Positions 18,532 through 28,141 are shown, numbered from the stretch's first letter. The stretch is 64,000 nt of DNA from an uncultured archaeon (GCA_964537835.1 CAZICS010000002.1:10356-74355); one strand, 5' to 3'. The notes: a model not told the origin generated them from the letters alone. Numbers and translations are program-made.

Positions 18532-19005
18532 ATGGAAGAAGTAAAGGGTTTGCGATGCAGGACAACAAGGATTTCCTATCTTTGGAATTATTTTTTAGTT
18601 GCTCTAATCGCTATTTTCTTAATCCTGCTCTTACCCTACTTGAGCTTTGAAAACTTATACTCTCAATTGATTTTTCTAATACTTTTTTCAATAATTCTAA
18701 TCCTTTTTCTCGAGCCAGAAGCGGAAAAAGTTTTGAGAGAATATATAGTGACTGATTCAGAGGTAAGAAAAATCGAAGGTATAATAACTAAAAAAACAGT
18801 TTCAATTCCCTATCAAAGTGTTGCTGACATTAAAACCATAAAAGGAGTGCTAGGAAGAATCTTTAACTTTGGTGATATTATAGTTAAGGGAGTAAAGGGA
18901 GATATTATAATCAAGGGTATAAAAGAGCCTGAAAGGATTTCTAAGATAATTGAAAATAGGATTGCAAGGCTTAGAGGAAGGAAAGAAGATGAAGAACCAG
19001 CTTAG
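18532..19005 (+). CDS. Membrane protein with bacterial-type PH domain (bPH_2/DUF304)
   Basis: Two TM helices followed by YIVTDSEVRKIEGIITKKTVSIPYQSVADIKTIKGVLGRIFNFGDIIV. Confidence 0.6.
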   Translation: MEEVKGLRCRTTRISYLWNYFLVALIAIFLILLLPYLSFENLYSQLIFLILFSIILILFLEPEAEKVLREYIVTDSEVRKIEGIITKKTVSIPYQSVADIKTIKGVLGRIFNFGDIIVKGVKGDIIIKGIKEPERISKIIENRIARLRGRKEDEEPA

Positions 19006-20095
19006 AAAAATTTTTGCAATCCAGGCTTTCAATTCATTGATTGTAGGAATTCTATTTGTAGCATTGCCTTTGCTCATGAGTGAGAGAAATATAAGCATAG
19101 TTGAAATAGGCTTGATTTATGCTTCACTTCCTCTAGTTTTTCAAACTTTTAGACTAATTTTTGCAATCCTTTCAGATTTAATAGGAAGAAAGAAATTTTT
19201 TATCCTCAACGCTTCCTTAAACTTTTTTACCCCCCTTATCTACATCTTCGCATTCAATCCATTCCAATTTCTTGCAGGAAAAATTACAGAAGGAGTAAAA
19301 AGCTCAGCTCTTTGGTCTGTTAATAGAGCTTCAATCTTAGAAGAAGCGAGGAATAAAGAAAAAGAGTTAAGAAGGTTAAGAGCAATTAGCTCTATTTTTC
19401 AAGCTCTCGCAATTCTTGCATTCGGTTTCCTCGTTACGTTTTTCTCTTTTCCAAAAATTCTACTAATCTCTTCTTTTATTTCGCTACCCCTCTTTTTTCT
19501 TTCCTTGAATTTAAAGTCCAAGCCGATGAAGAAGAGGAGGTTGAGAAAAATTTTGAGTTTAAAACAAAAGAAGGAAAAGTTTAAAAAAGGCTTAATTCTT
19601 TTTATTCTCTTAGGCATATCAATCGGTGGTATAGATAGCTATGTTTTACCTTTATTCCTGAGAGAAAAAGGCATATCAGAAAGCCTAATCGGATTTTTAT
19701 TAGGTTTCCAAATTTTAATGCAGGGTATATCAACTTATGAAATCCTTTTGCTCGGACTAGATTTTAAGCATCTAATGTTTCTAAACTTAGCCTTTCCTAT
19801 TTTTCTTTTTCTCCTCTCTTTTTCTCCTTTTTCTTTAATACCACTCTCTCTTCTTTTACTTGGGATCTCACGAGGTTTGGTTAATGCAGGAAACGAGACA
19901 ATAATCTCGAGGATAGCAGGGAAATACTCTTACGGAACAGACATAGGAATCATCTTCACAGGTTTTCATTTTGCAAGAGCTTTAATCATCGCATTTTCAG
20001 GTTTTTTAATCCTATTCTTTGGTTTTAGTTCGATTTTCATTCTTTCCTCCTTAATTTTTTTCTTATACATTCTTTTAACTCTAAAGTTTATCTGA
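18989..20095 (+). CDS. MFS-type transporter
   Basis: About 12 hydrophobic segments and an MFS loop motif-like DLIGRKK. ATG 18989 is preferred over the 18950 ORF-track start. Confidence 0.6.
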   Translation: MKNQLRKIFAIQAFNSLIVGILFVALPLLMSERNISIVEIGLIYASLPLVFQTFRLIFAILSDLIGRKKFFILNASLNFFTPLIYIFAFNPFQFLAGKITEGVKSSALWSVNRASILEEARNKEKELRRLRAISSIFQALAILAFGFLVTFFSFPKILLISSFISLPLFFLSLNLKSKPMKKRRLRKILSLKQKKEKFKKGLILFILLGISIGGIDSYVLPLFLREKGISESLIGFLLGFQILMQGISTYEILLLGLDFKHLMFLNLAFPIFLFLLSFSPFSLIPLSLLLLGISRGLVNAGNETIISRIAGKYSYGTDIGIIFTGFHFARALIIAFSGFLILFFGFSSIFILSSLIFFLYILLTLKFI

Positions 20096-20155
20096 AAGAA
20101 TTTGTTTAATACTCTGAACCAAAAAATTATTTTTCTTTCAATCTATATCTTTACC

Positions 20156-21430
20156 ATGAAAGTTTGCATCTTGGCTTATGGCTGCTCAGCAAGCTTTTCG
20201 GATTCGGAAATGATGGCAGGTTTGCTAAGAGAAAGTGGGTTTGAGATAGTCGATAGTCCGGAAAAAAGCGATTTGAATATAATTGTTACTTGTAATGTTA
20301 AGTTGCCAACTGAAAAGAAAATGATAAACAAGATAAAAGAATTGACTCAGCTTGAAAAACCTTTAATAGTAGCGGGATGCATGCCAGTAACCCAAAGAGA
20401 GATTATAGAAAAGATTAATCCAAAAGCTAGCTTAATTGGCCCGAATTCTATTCAGAAAATTGTTGAAGTTGCTAACGAAACTCTTAAAGGAAAGAAAGTT
20501 GTTTTTCTTGAAGATTTGAAAGAACCAAAAGTTTGCTTACCAAGAGTTCAAAGAAATCCTGTAATCCATATAACCCAAATCTCTAGTGGTTGTAATCATG
20601 CTTGTGCTTATTGTATAGTTAGATTTAACAAAGGTAGTTTATTCTGCTACCCAGCTGATTTAATAATTAAGGACATAAAAGATGCAATATCTCAAGGAAA
20701 AAAAGAAATTTGGATTACTTCCCAGGATAATGCTTCTTACAATTTTAACGGAAAAAATTTGGCTTCATTGCTAGAAGAAGTTTGTAAGCTTGATGGAAAG
20801 TTTTTTGTAAGAGTAGGGATGATGAATCCTGCTAGCATGAAAAAGATTTTGAACGAATTAATAGAAGTCTATAAAAATGAGAAAATCTTTAAATTTTTAC
20901 ATTTACCCTTGCAATCAGGAAGTAATAGAATTTTAGAACTTATGAATAGAGGTTATACAAAAGAAGAATTTTTAGAGATGGTTGAAAGTTTTAGGAAGAA
21001 TTTGCCTAGAATAACGATTGCTACAGATATAATACTAGGATTTCCTGGAGAAAGCGAGAAAGATTTTGAAGAAACGCTCGAAGTTCTTGAAGAAGTAAAA
21101 TTTGATACAGTAAACATTTCGAAATTTGGGGCAAGACCTTTAACTCCTGCAAGCAAGCTTAAGCAGCTAGATCAAAAAATAGTCAAGGAAAGATCCAGAA
21201 GAGCTCATGAGCTAGTTAATAGAATAAAAGAGGAATTAAACAAGAAATGGGTTGGATGGAAAGGAGAAGTTTTGGTCGATGAGAAAGGAATTGGAAATAC
21301 TTGGGTTGGAAGAAACTATTGCTACAAACCAATTGTGATAGAGAGTAAAGAAAATATTTTGGGTAAATTTGTTAAAGTTAAAATTAAAGAAGCAAAAGCC
21401 AATTATTTGGAAGGAGTTTTGCTTGAGTAA
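20156..21430 (+). CDS. MiaB-like radical-SAM methylthiotransferase, archaeal/eukaryotic MtaB (CDKAL1) type
   Basis: UPF0004 N-domain (AYGCSASFSDSEMMAG), radical SAM motif CNHACAYC and a C-terminal TRAM domain. Confidence 0.8.
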   Translation: MKVCILAYGCSASFSDSEMMAGLLRESGFEIVDSPEKSDLNIIVTCNVKLPTEKKMINKIKELTQLEKPLIVAGCMPVTQREIIEKINPKASLIGPNSIQKIVEVANETLKGKKVVFLEDLKEPKVCLPRVQRNPVIHITQISSGCNHACAYCIVRFNKGSLFCYPADLIIKDIKDAISQGKKEIWITSQDNASYNFNGKNLASLLEEVCKLDGKFFVRVGMMNPASMKKILNELIEVYKNEKIFKFLHLPLQSGSNRILELMNRGYTKEEFLEMVESFRKNLPRITIATDIILGFPGESEKDFEETLEVLEEVKFDTVNISKFGARPLTPASKLKQLDQKIVKERSRRAHELVNRIKEELNKKWVGWKGEVLVDEKGIGNTWVGRNYCYKPIVIESKENILGKFVKVKIKEAKANYLEGVLLE

Positions 21431-22051
21431 TCATTTCAGTATTTTTCCTGTTTCTAGATACCACAGATATAAATCGAGCTCAGCCAAGCTTAGGTTCAAC
21501 TTTTTTGCTATTCTTCTCAATTCACATTCAATTTCAAGGTATTTCTTCCTTGTTAGAGTTTTAGGTTTTCTGATAAGCTTATATTTGGTTAAAAGTTTAA
21601 GAATATGAAAATCAATTATAGCTAGGTTCTTGAATCCTATATTCCTTAAAAAATGACTTGCTTCCTTGTAGCCGATTCCTTTTATATTCTTAACTAACCA
21701 TTCTCTAAGTTCTTTTTCATCTTTGAAGGAGCTGAGGATTTTCTTTAATGAGTTCTTGTGTTTTCTCGCCTCAACTATATACTTTGCTCTTGTTTCTGGA
21801 TAGCGATGACCGAGCTTTCTTAATTCTTCGGCTAATTTTTTCTGAGAAAATGTAAGGAAACCATCCCCAATTTTTTCCTGGATTCTAATAGCTCTTTCAG
21901 CATTAAAGTTTGCTGTAAGTATACAAAAACATAGTTCTTTAAAAATTCGATTAAAACTTTTATTTTTCTCAAATTCTTTTACTCTTCTTTCAACTAATTT
22001 CCCTATTTTACTTCTTTTCAATCTTTTTATAGTTTTTGTAAGCTTCATCAA
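21431..22051 (-). CDS. ogg: N-glycosylase/DNA lyase, archaeal Ogg2-type 8-oxoguanine glycosylase
   Basis: HhH-GPD region IKGIGYKEASHFLRNIGFKNLAIIDFHI. About 206 aa, typical of Ogg2. Confidence 0.75.
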   Translation of the reverse strand: MMKLTKTIKRLKRSKIGKLVERRVKEFEKNKSFNRIFKELCFCILTANFNAERAIRIQEKIGDGFLTFSQKKLAEELRKLGHRYPETRAKYIVEARKHKNSLKKILSSFKDEKELREWLVKNIKGIGYKEASHFLRNIGFKNLAIIDFHILKLLTKYKLIRKPKTLTRKKYLEIECELRRIAKKLNLSLAELDLYLWYLETGKILK

Positions 22052-22088
22052 CTTAAATTTAAATGCTACCCTTTTATAATTTTCTTAG

Positions 22089-22412
22089 ATGAGTAAAGAA
22101 AGAGTTTATGTTATTCAAAAGCATCAGGCTAGAAAATTGCATTGGGATTTAAGATTAGAAATGAATGGTGTTCTAAAGAGTTGGGCTATACCTAAAGAGC
22201 TGGTAGATCAAAAAGGTGTGAAAAGGTTAGCTATTCAAGTAGAAGATCATTCTTTAGAGTATGCTAACTTTGAAGGGATAATTCCTGAAGGTTATTATGG
22301 AGCGGGAAAAGTTGAAATTTGGGATAAAGGGACTTATGAATTGGAGAAAAGGGAAGAAAATAAGATAGTAGTGAGAATAAAAGGAAAGAAGCTTAAGGGT
22401 AGTTCTGCTTAA
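22089..22412 (+). CDS. Stand-alone LigD 3'-phosphoesterase (PE) domain protein
   Basis: [27 protein letters not shown]...[34 protein letters not shown]. Confidence 0.8.
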   Translation: MSKERVYVIQKHQARKLHWDLRLEMNGVLKSWAIPKELVDQKGVKRLAIQVEDHSLEYANFEGIIPEGYYGAGKVEIWDKGTYELEKREENKIVVRIKGKKLKGSSA

Positions 22413-22455
22413 TAAAATTAAAAAATAAGGAAAAAGAGTGGATTTTCTTTAGGTG

Positions 22456-22737
22456 TTAGCTTGTTAACTCTTCAACTTCTTCCCTTCCTTTTTTCAACTC
22501 TTCTTCCTGTTCTTTATCAAGTTTCAATAGCAATGCTTGAAACTCTCCAACATGAGTCTTTTCCTCTTTTGCTATATCTAAGAGAACCTTCTTTATATTT
22601 TCATTTTCTGTCATAGCAGCTAGCTGTTCATAGAGGTTTACAGCATCTAATTCAGCTATCATTCCAAGCCTTAGTATCTCTTTATCCAATTCTTCTTTCT
22701 TTACTTTTTCAAGATTTACAGGTGTTTGAGAAAGCAT
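22456..22737 (-). CDS. Small ferritin-like protein of the EncFtn / rubrerythrin-like di-iron family
   Basis: AELDAVNLYEQ...KKVLLDIAKEEKTHVGEFQALL carries the E...ExxH ligand pattern. 93 aa. Confidence 0.6.
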   Translation of the reverse strand: MLSQTPVNLEKVKKEELDKEILRLGMIAELDAVNLYEQLAAMTENENIKKVLLDIAKEEKTHVGEFQALLLKLDKEQEEELKKGREEVEELTS

Positions 22738-22770
22738 TTAACCACCTCTTAATACTTGATTTTAGGGATA

Positions 22771-23274
22771 TTAAAACTTCCTGAATTTTTCTTTAGGTGC
22801 CCCACAAATTGGGCATCTTTCAGGAGCTTCTCCTTCAACTGTATAACCGCAACCCTCGCATATGTAAATTGCTTCAAGCTCTATATCTTTTCCGCTCTCA
22901 ACAGCTTGTTTAGCTTTTTGATACATTCCAGCATGAACTTTTTCTGCTTGTAAAGCCCAATCAAAAGTTTTTTCTGCACCTTTTTCTGCTTGCAGCTCAG
23001 CCACTTGCTTAAAAGCTGGATACATTTCTTCAACTTCATAAGTTTCTCCGTTTATTGCAGCTTGCAAATTATTCGAAGAACTGCCAATCTCATTCAATTC
23101 CTTTAAATGATTTCTAGCATGTATTTGCTCAGCAAATGCAATCGCTCGGAAAAGTCTTGCGATATTTGGAAATCCTTCTTTTTCAGCTATCCCAGAAAAA
23201 ATTAAATATTTCATGTGTGCTTGACTTTCTCCAGCGAAAGCGTCTCTCAAATTTTTTTCAGTTATTCTCTTCAT
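22771..23274 (-). CDS. rbr: Rubrerythrin
   Basis: Four-helix di-iron domain (ESQAHMKY, AFAEQIHARNH, ...EKVHAGMY) plus a C-terminal rubredoxin-like CEGCGY...CPICGAPKEKF. Confidence 0.9.
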   Translation of the reverse strand: MKRITEKNLRDAFAGESQAHMKYLIFSGIAEKEGFPNIARLFRAIAFAEQIHARNHLKELNEIGSSSNNLQAAINGETYEVEEMYPAFKQVAELQAEKGAEKTFDWALQAEKVHAGMYQKAKQAVESGKDIELEAIYICEGCGYTVEGEAPERCPICGAPKEKFRKF

Positions 23275-23451
23275 ACTATCACCCTAAAATTATAGGAAGA
23301 GGTCGAATATAAAGTTTACAAAAAATAGATAGCTTTAAATACTCATTCTGAATATTCTTAATTATCAAAAAAAATCGAAAAGGAAAATGAAGAGACAATT
23401 TAAATTTCAGAGGGAGAAGAACTACTTCTTCTTAATGTAAAGGTGTTAGCT

Positions 23452-23967
23452 ATGATTTTTGGAAACAGAATTCCAAAAGACTATTTTATCACCTCAGGAA
23501 TTGGAGAAAGCGATATAGCAATCTATCCAGGAGCTTTTGATAAAGCTTTAAAGCAAGCAAAAATAGAGAATTGTAATATTATCACCTATACTTCAATTCT
23601 TCCCAAAGAAGCCAAAAAAATAGAAGAAATACCGAAGCTTAAACATGGCTGTGTTCTAGAAACCATAATGGCAAGACAAGATGGAAAAAAAGGAGAAAGG
23701 CTAACTGCTGGCTTAATAATAGGCTGGGTCTATAAAAACGGAGAGAAAATTGGAGGCTTAGTTTCTGAATATAACGGCAATTTGGATGAAGGGGAAGCAA
23801 AAGCTGAGCTTAGAAAAAGATTGGAAGAAATGTTTAAGGAAAGGTATGACGAAGAATATGAACTCAAGGATATAGAAATTCATTTGAGAAGTTTTATTCC
23901 TCAGAAAAAATTTGGTTGTGCAATAGTTGCGATTTGTTTTGTTAGCTATATTTATCCTGAAGCTTGA
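23452..23967 (+). CDS. pdaD: Pyruvoyl-dependent arginine decarboxylase
   Basis: IPKDYFITSGIGESD N-terminal signature containing the self-processing Ser region. About 170 aa. Confidence 0.75.
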   Translation: MIFGNRIPKDYFITSGIGESDIAIYPGAFDKALKQAKIENCNIITYTSILPKEAKKIEEIPKLKHGCVLETIMARQDGKKGERLTAGLIIGWVYKNGEKIGGLVSEYNGNLDEGEAKAELRKRLEEMFKERYDEEYELKDIEIHLRSFIPQKKFGCAIVAICFVSYIYPEA

Positions 23968-24821
23968 ATTATCTTGCAAAACTTGCAGATTTTGCTAAGA
24001 GATGGATAACTGCATTTTTTACAAAATTTCGTTTTAAATTTTTCTTCTGGTAATTTTTCTTTTATTTTAAGAAATGAGTTAACAAGATTCTTAACTTTAT
24101 CTGGATAATATTTCTCAAGAATTTCAGCAATCTTTTTTAAGCTAGTAGTAGGAGCTTCTTTAGAATAAGGACATTTACCTTTATAGAAAGGGATTTCATT
24201 CAGTATAGCAAATTTTTCGGTTTCTCTTTCCATCAGGAAATAAAGGGGTTTAACTCTTCCAACCAATTTTTTTCCCTTCATGCTTGGCAAAACTGGGCCT
24301 ATTCTTAAAAGTTGAGATACTTGGCCAGAAAGAAGGTTATTAAAAATAAAAACTAGTTCATCTGTTAAATTATGACCAGTAGCTACCCAATCGAGTTTAT
24401 TCTCAAAAGCAAATTTATTGCTTAAATATCTTTTTATAGTCCCGCAGTCGCTACACTTCTTTCCCTTTAGCTTATCTATGGTTATCCCATATTCTTTTTT
24501 CAAATCAATTATATGCGGCTCAAGCTTAAGTTCGCTGCATATTTTTCTAACAGCCTTCAAGCAATTTCTCGAATAGTTTTTAATACCTAGGTTTATATGA
24601 AAGGGAAAAATTTGCAAGTCTTTGAAGGTTGATAAAAGTTTTAAGCATGTGGCTGAATCTTTCCCTCCTGAAATAGCGACTGCTATCTTTCCTTTTACTT
24701 TAAATTTTCTAATCACGCTTTCAACTCTTCCTCTAACCCATTGATTAAAATGCTCTTTACAAGCATATTTTTTCCTTCTAATCAAAACTACTGCCTTTTC
24801 ATTGCACTTATAGCATTTCAT
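23952..24821 (-). CDS. PP-loop ATPase, TtuA/NcsA-type tRNA 2-thiolation protein
   Basis: PP-loop VAISGGKDS. N-terminal (CYKCNEKA...C) and C-terminal (CKKCSYPS...CKFC) zinc fingers. Central CSDCG motif. Confidence 0.75.
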   Translation of the reverse strand: MKCYKCNEKAVVLIRRKKYACKEHFNQWVRGRVESVIRKFKVKGKIAVAISGGKDSATCLKLLSTFKDLQIFPFHINLGIKNYSRNCLKAVRKICSELKLEPHIIDLKKEYGITIDKLKGKKCSDCGTIKRYLSNKFAFENKLDWVATGHNLTDELVFIFNNLLSGQVSQLLRIGPVLPSMKGKKLVGRVKPLYFLMERETEKFAILNEIPFYKGKCPYSKEAPTTSLKKIAEILEKYYPDKVKNLVNSFLKIKEKLPEEKFKTKFCKKCSYPSLSKICKFCKIIQASG

Positions 24822-24935
24822 TTTCTCCTAATAACTTTTGTTGGAGTAACAACTATATCAACTTTTGTCTCATAGGGGTTTTGATTATGTTTTGCTAGCA
24901 AGGAAAAATTAAAGAAATTGTGGGATAAGTTATAA

Positions 24936-26399
24936 TTATTTTTTCATAAACTTTTTAACTAGTTTTATTACATCTTGTGCATTAGCTCTTCCCCTAACCC
25001 TACTCATAACTAACCCAACTACTTTTCCAAAACTTAAATCAGGGGAAAAAGTTTCTTTAACAATTCTCTCTAATTCCTCTTTACTTAAAACCTCAAGCTT
25101 AAGCTCCTTGATGACATTTTCCACACTTTTTTCAGGATTTCTTGCTAAATACTTCAAAATTTCAGGAATTGCTTCTTTCACAATTTTATGTTTAGCTAGA
25201 AAATCAAAAACTTGAATAAAATGTTTATCTTTTAAATTTTCTATTTTCATATTTTCTCTTTTCTTCAAATCTTTAAGCAAAGAAACGAATGTATTCGCAA
25301 CTATGGATGCTTCAACTTTTTTTGTTTTTACTATTTGCTCAAATAAATCAAGCCAATCTGACCTTAAAATTTGTTTTGCTAAATCTTCAGACAATTTCAG
25401 TTCTTTTCTAAATCTTTCCAATTTTTTAGTCCAAGGTTCTGGTAGTTTTCTTTTTAATTCTCTAATATATTTTCTTGAAATTATTACTGGCTCTACATCA
25501 GTTTCAGGATACATTCTTGCGGCCCCAGGTAATGGTCTTAAAAATTTGGTAGTACCATCTGGTAAGGCAGCTCTCGTTTCTTCCTTAACTTTTTCTCCTT
25601 TTTCAATTAACTCTAACTGTCTTTTAACTTCTAGCTCAATCACTTTTGCTATTATTCCTAATTCTTGCACACCTTTAATTTCAACCCTAGCTCCATTTTT
25701 TATGCTAACATTCAAATCTTGTCTTATAGTTCCAATACCTCGCTTAACTTTTCCCGTTGATTTGCAAGTTATCCCAATTAAATAAGCAATTTCTTGAATC
25801 TCTTCTGGAGTAAAATCGGTTAGCAAGCCTGTACCAATCTCAACTAGTGGTATTCCAAGCCTATTCAAGCGATAGGTAACTTTTCCGTTTTCTTCTTTAA
25901 CTATTGCAGCTGCATCCTCTTCTAAAGCAATATGCGTAATCTCAATTTTTCTGTTTTTATATTTTAGATAACCATTTCTCCCTACTATCATAGTTCTTTG
26001 AAACCCCATAGGTGTACTACCATCTATAACAGTTTTTCTCATCACATGAATTTCTTCTGGTATAGAACAGTTAAATAGTAAGGCAATTTGAAGAGCAATT
26101 TCTAGAGCTTCTTTATTTAAGGGTAAGGGTGGTTCCTCATCTAAATCAATCAAACAAGTTTCGTTTTTAAAAACTTGATAATAGAATGTTCTGTTTCTCA
26201 AGTATTCATATTGAGCAGCTATGTCTACCTCTCCAAGCTCGCTAGCTACTGGATGTAATTTTCTTTTTACTATTGCCATAGGCTCTTTTTCCTCCATAGT
26301 AGTTAAACAATTGCAGAAAAGTTTATGCTTTGTATTTAATTGCAAATGAATCTCCAACCCAGCTTTTAACTCAAGTGTTTTATAATCTACTTTATTCAT
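24936..26399 (-). CDS. gatE: Glu-tRNA(Gln) amidotransferase subunit E, unusually short form
   Basis: GatE-type N-terminus DYKTLELKAGLEIHLQLNT..KLFCNC and SELGEVDIAAQYE. LEEDAAA, GTIRQDLNVSI, PGAARMYPETD and a GatB/YqeY-like tail are present. It is partnered with gatD. Confidence 0.8.
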   Translation of the reverse strand: MNKVDYKTLELKAGLEIHLQLNTKHKLFCNCLTTMEEKEPMAIVKRKLHPVASELGEVDIAAQYEYLRNRTFYYQVFKNETCLIDLDEEPPLPLNKEALEIALQIALLFNCSIPEEIHVMRKTVIDGSTPMGFQRTMIVGRNGYLKYKNRKIEITHIALEEDAAAIVKEENGKVTYRLNRLGIPLVEIGTGLLTDFTPEEIQEIAYLIGITCKSTGKVKRGIGTIRQDLNVSIKNGARVEIKGVQELGIIAKVIELEVKRQLELIEKGEKVKEETRAALPDGTTKFLRPLPGAARMYPETDVEPVIISRKYIRELKRKLPEPWTKKLERFRKELKLSEDLAKQILRSDWLDLFEQIVKTKKVEASIVANTFVSLLKDLKKRENMKIENLKDKHFIQVFDFLAKHKIVKEAIPEILKYLARNPEKSVENVIKELKLEVLSKEELERIVKETFSPDLSFGKVVGLVMSRVRGRANAQDVIKLVKKFMKK

Positions 26400-26794
26400 T
26401 TCTTCACCTGGAGAATATCAAAACTATTTCCATCCAAGTCTACAAAAGTAGCTCTTATTTCTCCCCAAGGCTTTTCCTCAGGCAACTTAACAAATTTAAT
26501 TCCTCTTTCTTCTAATTCTTTAACTAAACTTTCTATGTCATCCGTCTCAAAAATTACTCCAATGTACCTCCCTATTTCCTTTTTATACTCTTCCCAATCT
26601 TCCCCCCAGCTTGGATTCGGCTCCCCTATATCAAATTCTATTCCATCAAATTCTATTCCATCAAATTCCATGAGTGCACACTTATACTCTGGAAACTCTT
26701 CTATTATTCCAAACCCAAGTTTTTCTTTATACCATTCTTTTGCTTTTTCCAGATCTGAAACAAAAATTTGGATTGCACCAAATTTAAGTTTCAT
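26396..26794 (-). CDS. VOC/glyoxalase-family small protein
   Basis: The KFGAIQIFVSDLEKAKEWYKEKLGF opening and the C-terminal DLDGNSFDI are typical of glyoxalase/bleomycin-resistance folds. Confidence 0.6.
   Translation of the reverse strand: MKLKFGAIQIFVSDLEKAKEWYKEKLGFGIIEEFPEYKCALMEFDGIEFDGIEFDIGEPNPSWGEDWEEYKKEIGRYIGVIFETDDIESLVKELEERGIKFVKLPEEKPWGEIRATFVDLDGNSFDILQVKK
26631..26672. repeat. 15-nt tandem repeat (about 2.7 copies) inside the VOC gene, encoding EFDGI-EFDGI-EFD
   Basis: TCAAATTCTATTCCA occurs at 26631-26645 and 26646-26660, with a partial third unit. Confidence 0.9.
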
Positions 26795-26797
26795 TTT

Positions 26798-28141
26798 CTA
26801 CACCAAAAATCCTCTTTCATCAGTTCTCTCAGAAATTTCCCCAGCTATGTTAGTTAACATTATCTCCTTAACTTTTTTCATATTTTTTGTATGTCCTAAA
26901 ACCCACATTAGTTTGACATAAGCAACTTCTGGTAGCATATCTTGGCCAAAAATAGCACCTCTCTTCAGAAGTTCCCTTAGATTATGATAAACTGTTGGAT
27001 GAGTTCTTCCATAAATGCATTGAGATGTTATTACTACTGGGATTTCTGATTTAACAGCTTCTTCTATTTTAGGTAATAAAGAATATTTTCCTATAGTTGG
27101 TGTATGTCCTAAGCCAGTAGCTTCTATTACAAAACCTCTATACTCTCTTTTTATGTAAAAATCAAAAATTTCAGGATCTAATCCTGGATAAACTTTGATT
27201 AGGGCGACTTTTTTTTCAATCCTACCATCAACCTTAACTTTTTTCCTACTTCTTTTCCTATAATTTTCGTTCAAGATTTCTATTCTTTTCTTCTCCCAAT
27301 AAATTTTTGCTAATGGAATTTCATTTATGGAGCGAAATGCATCTCTCCTACTAGTATGCATCTTTCTGGCTTTTGTTCCCCTTATCGCCAAACAATAATC
27401 ATCATTTATACTTCCGTGCATTACTATGCATACCTCAGCAACATCAGAATTAGCAACAAAATTTGCTGCACACGAAACATTCATTACAGCATCGCTACTT
27501 CCTCTATCACTACTCCTTTGCGAACCAACCAGAGCTACTGGTACAGGCAAATTTTTAAGCATGAAACTAAGAGCGGCAGCTGTGTAATGTAAAGTATCTG
27601 TGCCATGCGTAACTATCACGCCTTCCGAACCATCGTTTATTTCTTTTGCTACAGCTTTGGCTATAACTTTCCATTTATCTGGTGTCATGTCCTCGCTCAT
27701 AACATTCATTATTTCCTCAACTCTAAGATTAGCAATTTCTTTTAACTCTGGGATTTGCGTTGCTATATCTTCAGGAGAAAAGGAAGCGTAAACTCCTCCA
27801 GTCCTATAATCTACCTTGCTTGCAATAGTCCCTCCTGTCCCAATTATAGAAATGGTTGGAAGTTTTTTATCAAATATAAGAATTCCCTTCTTCTTCCCTT
27901 TTTTCTTTTCAACTCTCCACTCTTTTCTTATTTTTTCTATTTTAGTATTCTTATCGAATTTTATCCCTAGGTTATAACCATTATCCAGCTTCAAAACCAA
28001 GCAATCTTTATCTCCCAATTCTATTCTCGGCATTAGAATTCCTTCATAACTTTCCTTACCTTTAACAACTTTTATCCTATCCCCAACCCCAATCCTAGAT
28101 TTTTTTAGAATTTTCTCGATTTTCTTCGAGTACATGGCCAC
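26798..28141 (-). CDS. gatD: Glu-tRNA(Gln) amidotransferase subunit D (asparaginase-like)
   Basis: Asparaginase motifs IIGTGGTIAS and VTHGTDT. The N-terminal GatD-specific beta domain is present. GTG 28141 or ATG 28135 is the start. Confidence 0.85.
   Translation of the reverse strand: MAMYSKKIEKILKKSRIGVGDRIKVVKGKESYEGILMPRIELGDKDCLVLKLDNGYNLGIKFDKNTKIEKIRKEWRVEKKKGKKKGILIFDKKLPTISIIGTGGTIASKVDYRTGGVYASFSPEDIATQIPELKEIANLRVEEIMNVMSEDMTPDKWKVIAKAVAKEINDGSEGVIVTHGTDTLHYTAAALSFMLKNLPVPVALVGSQRSSDRGSSDAVMNVSCAANFVANSDVAEVCIVMHGSINDDYCLAIRGTKARKMHTSRRDAFRSINEIPLAKIYWEKKRIEILNENYRKRSRKKVKVDGRIEKKVALIKVYPGLDPEIFDFYIKREYRGFVIEATGLGHTPTIGKYSLLPKIEEAVKSEIPVVITSQCIYGRTHPTVYHNLRELLKRGAIFGQDMLPEVAYVKLMWVLGHTKNMKKVKEIMLTNIAGEISERTDERGFLV

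Noticed and set aside
22456-23274. An encapsulin nanocompartment system around the EncFtn-like gene.
   Set aside because: No HK97-fold shell gene (about 260 aa) lies adjacent or anywhere in the window. The protein also lacks a recognisable C-terminal targeting peptide.
25303-25785. 160-aa plus-strand ORF inside gatE. Similar long antisense ORFs occur at 1007..1207, 3821..4105, 7251..7727, 7752..8147, 39034..39321, 58081..58515, 61142..61540, 61650..62000 and 61874..62104.
   Set aside because: Each lies entirely within a motif-supported gene on the other strand. Each has the Ser/Leu/Phe/Ile-rich, low-complexity composition expected from reading a Lys/Glu-rich AT-rich gene backwards. None carries a recognisable motif or an RBS.
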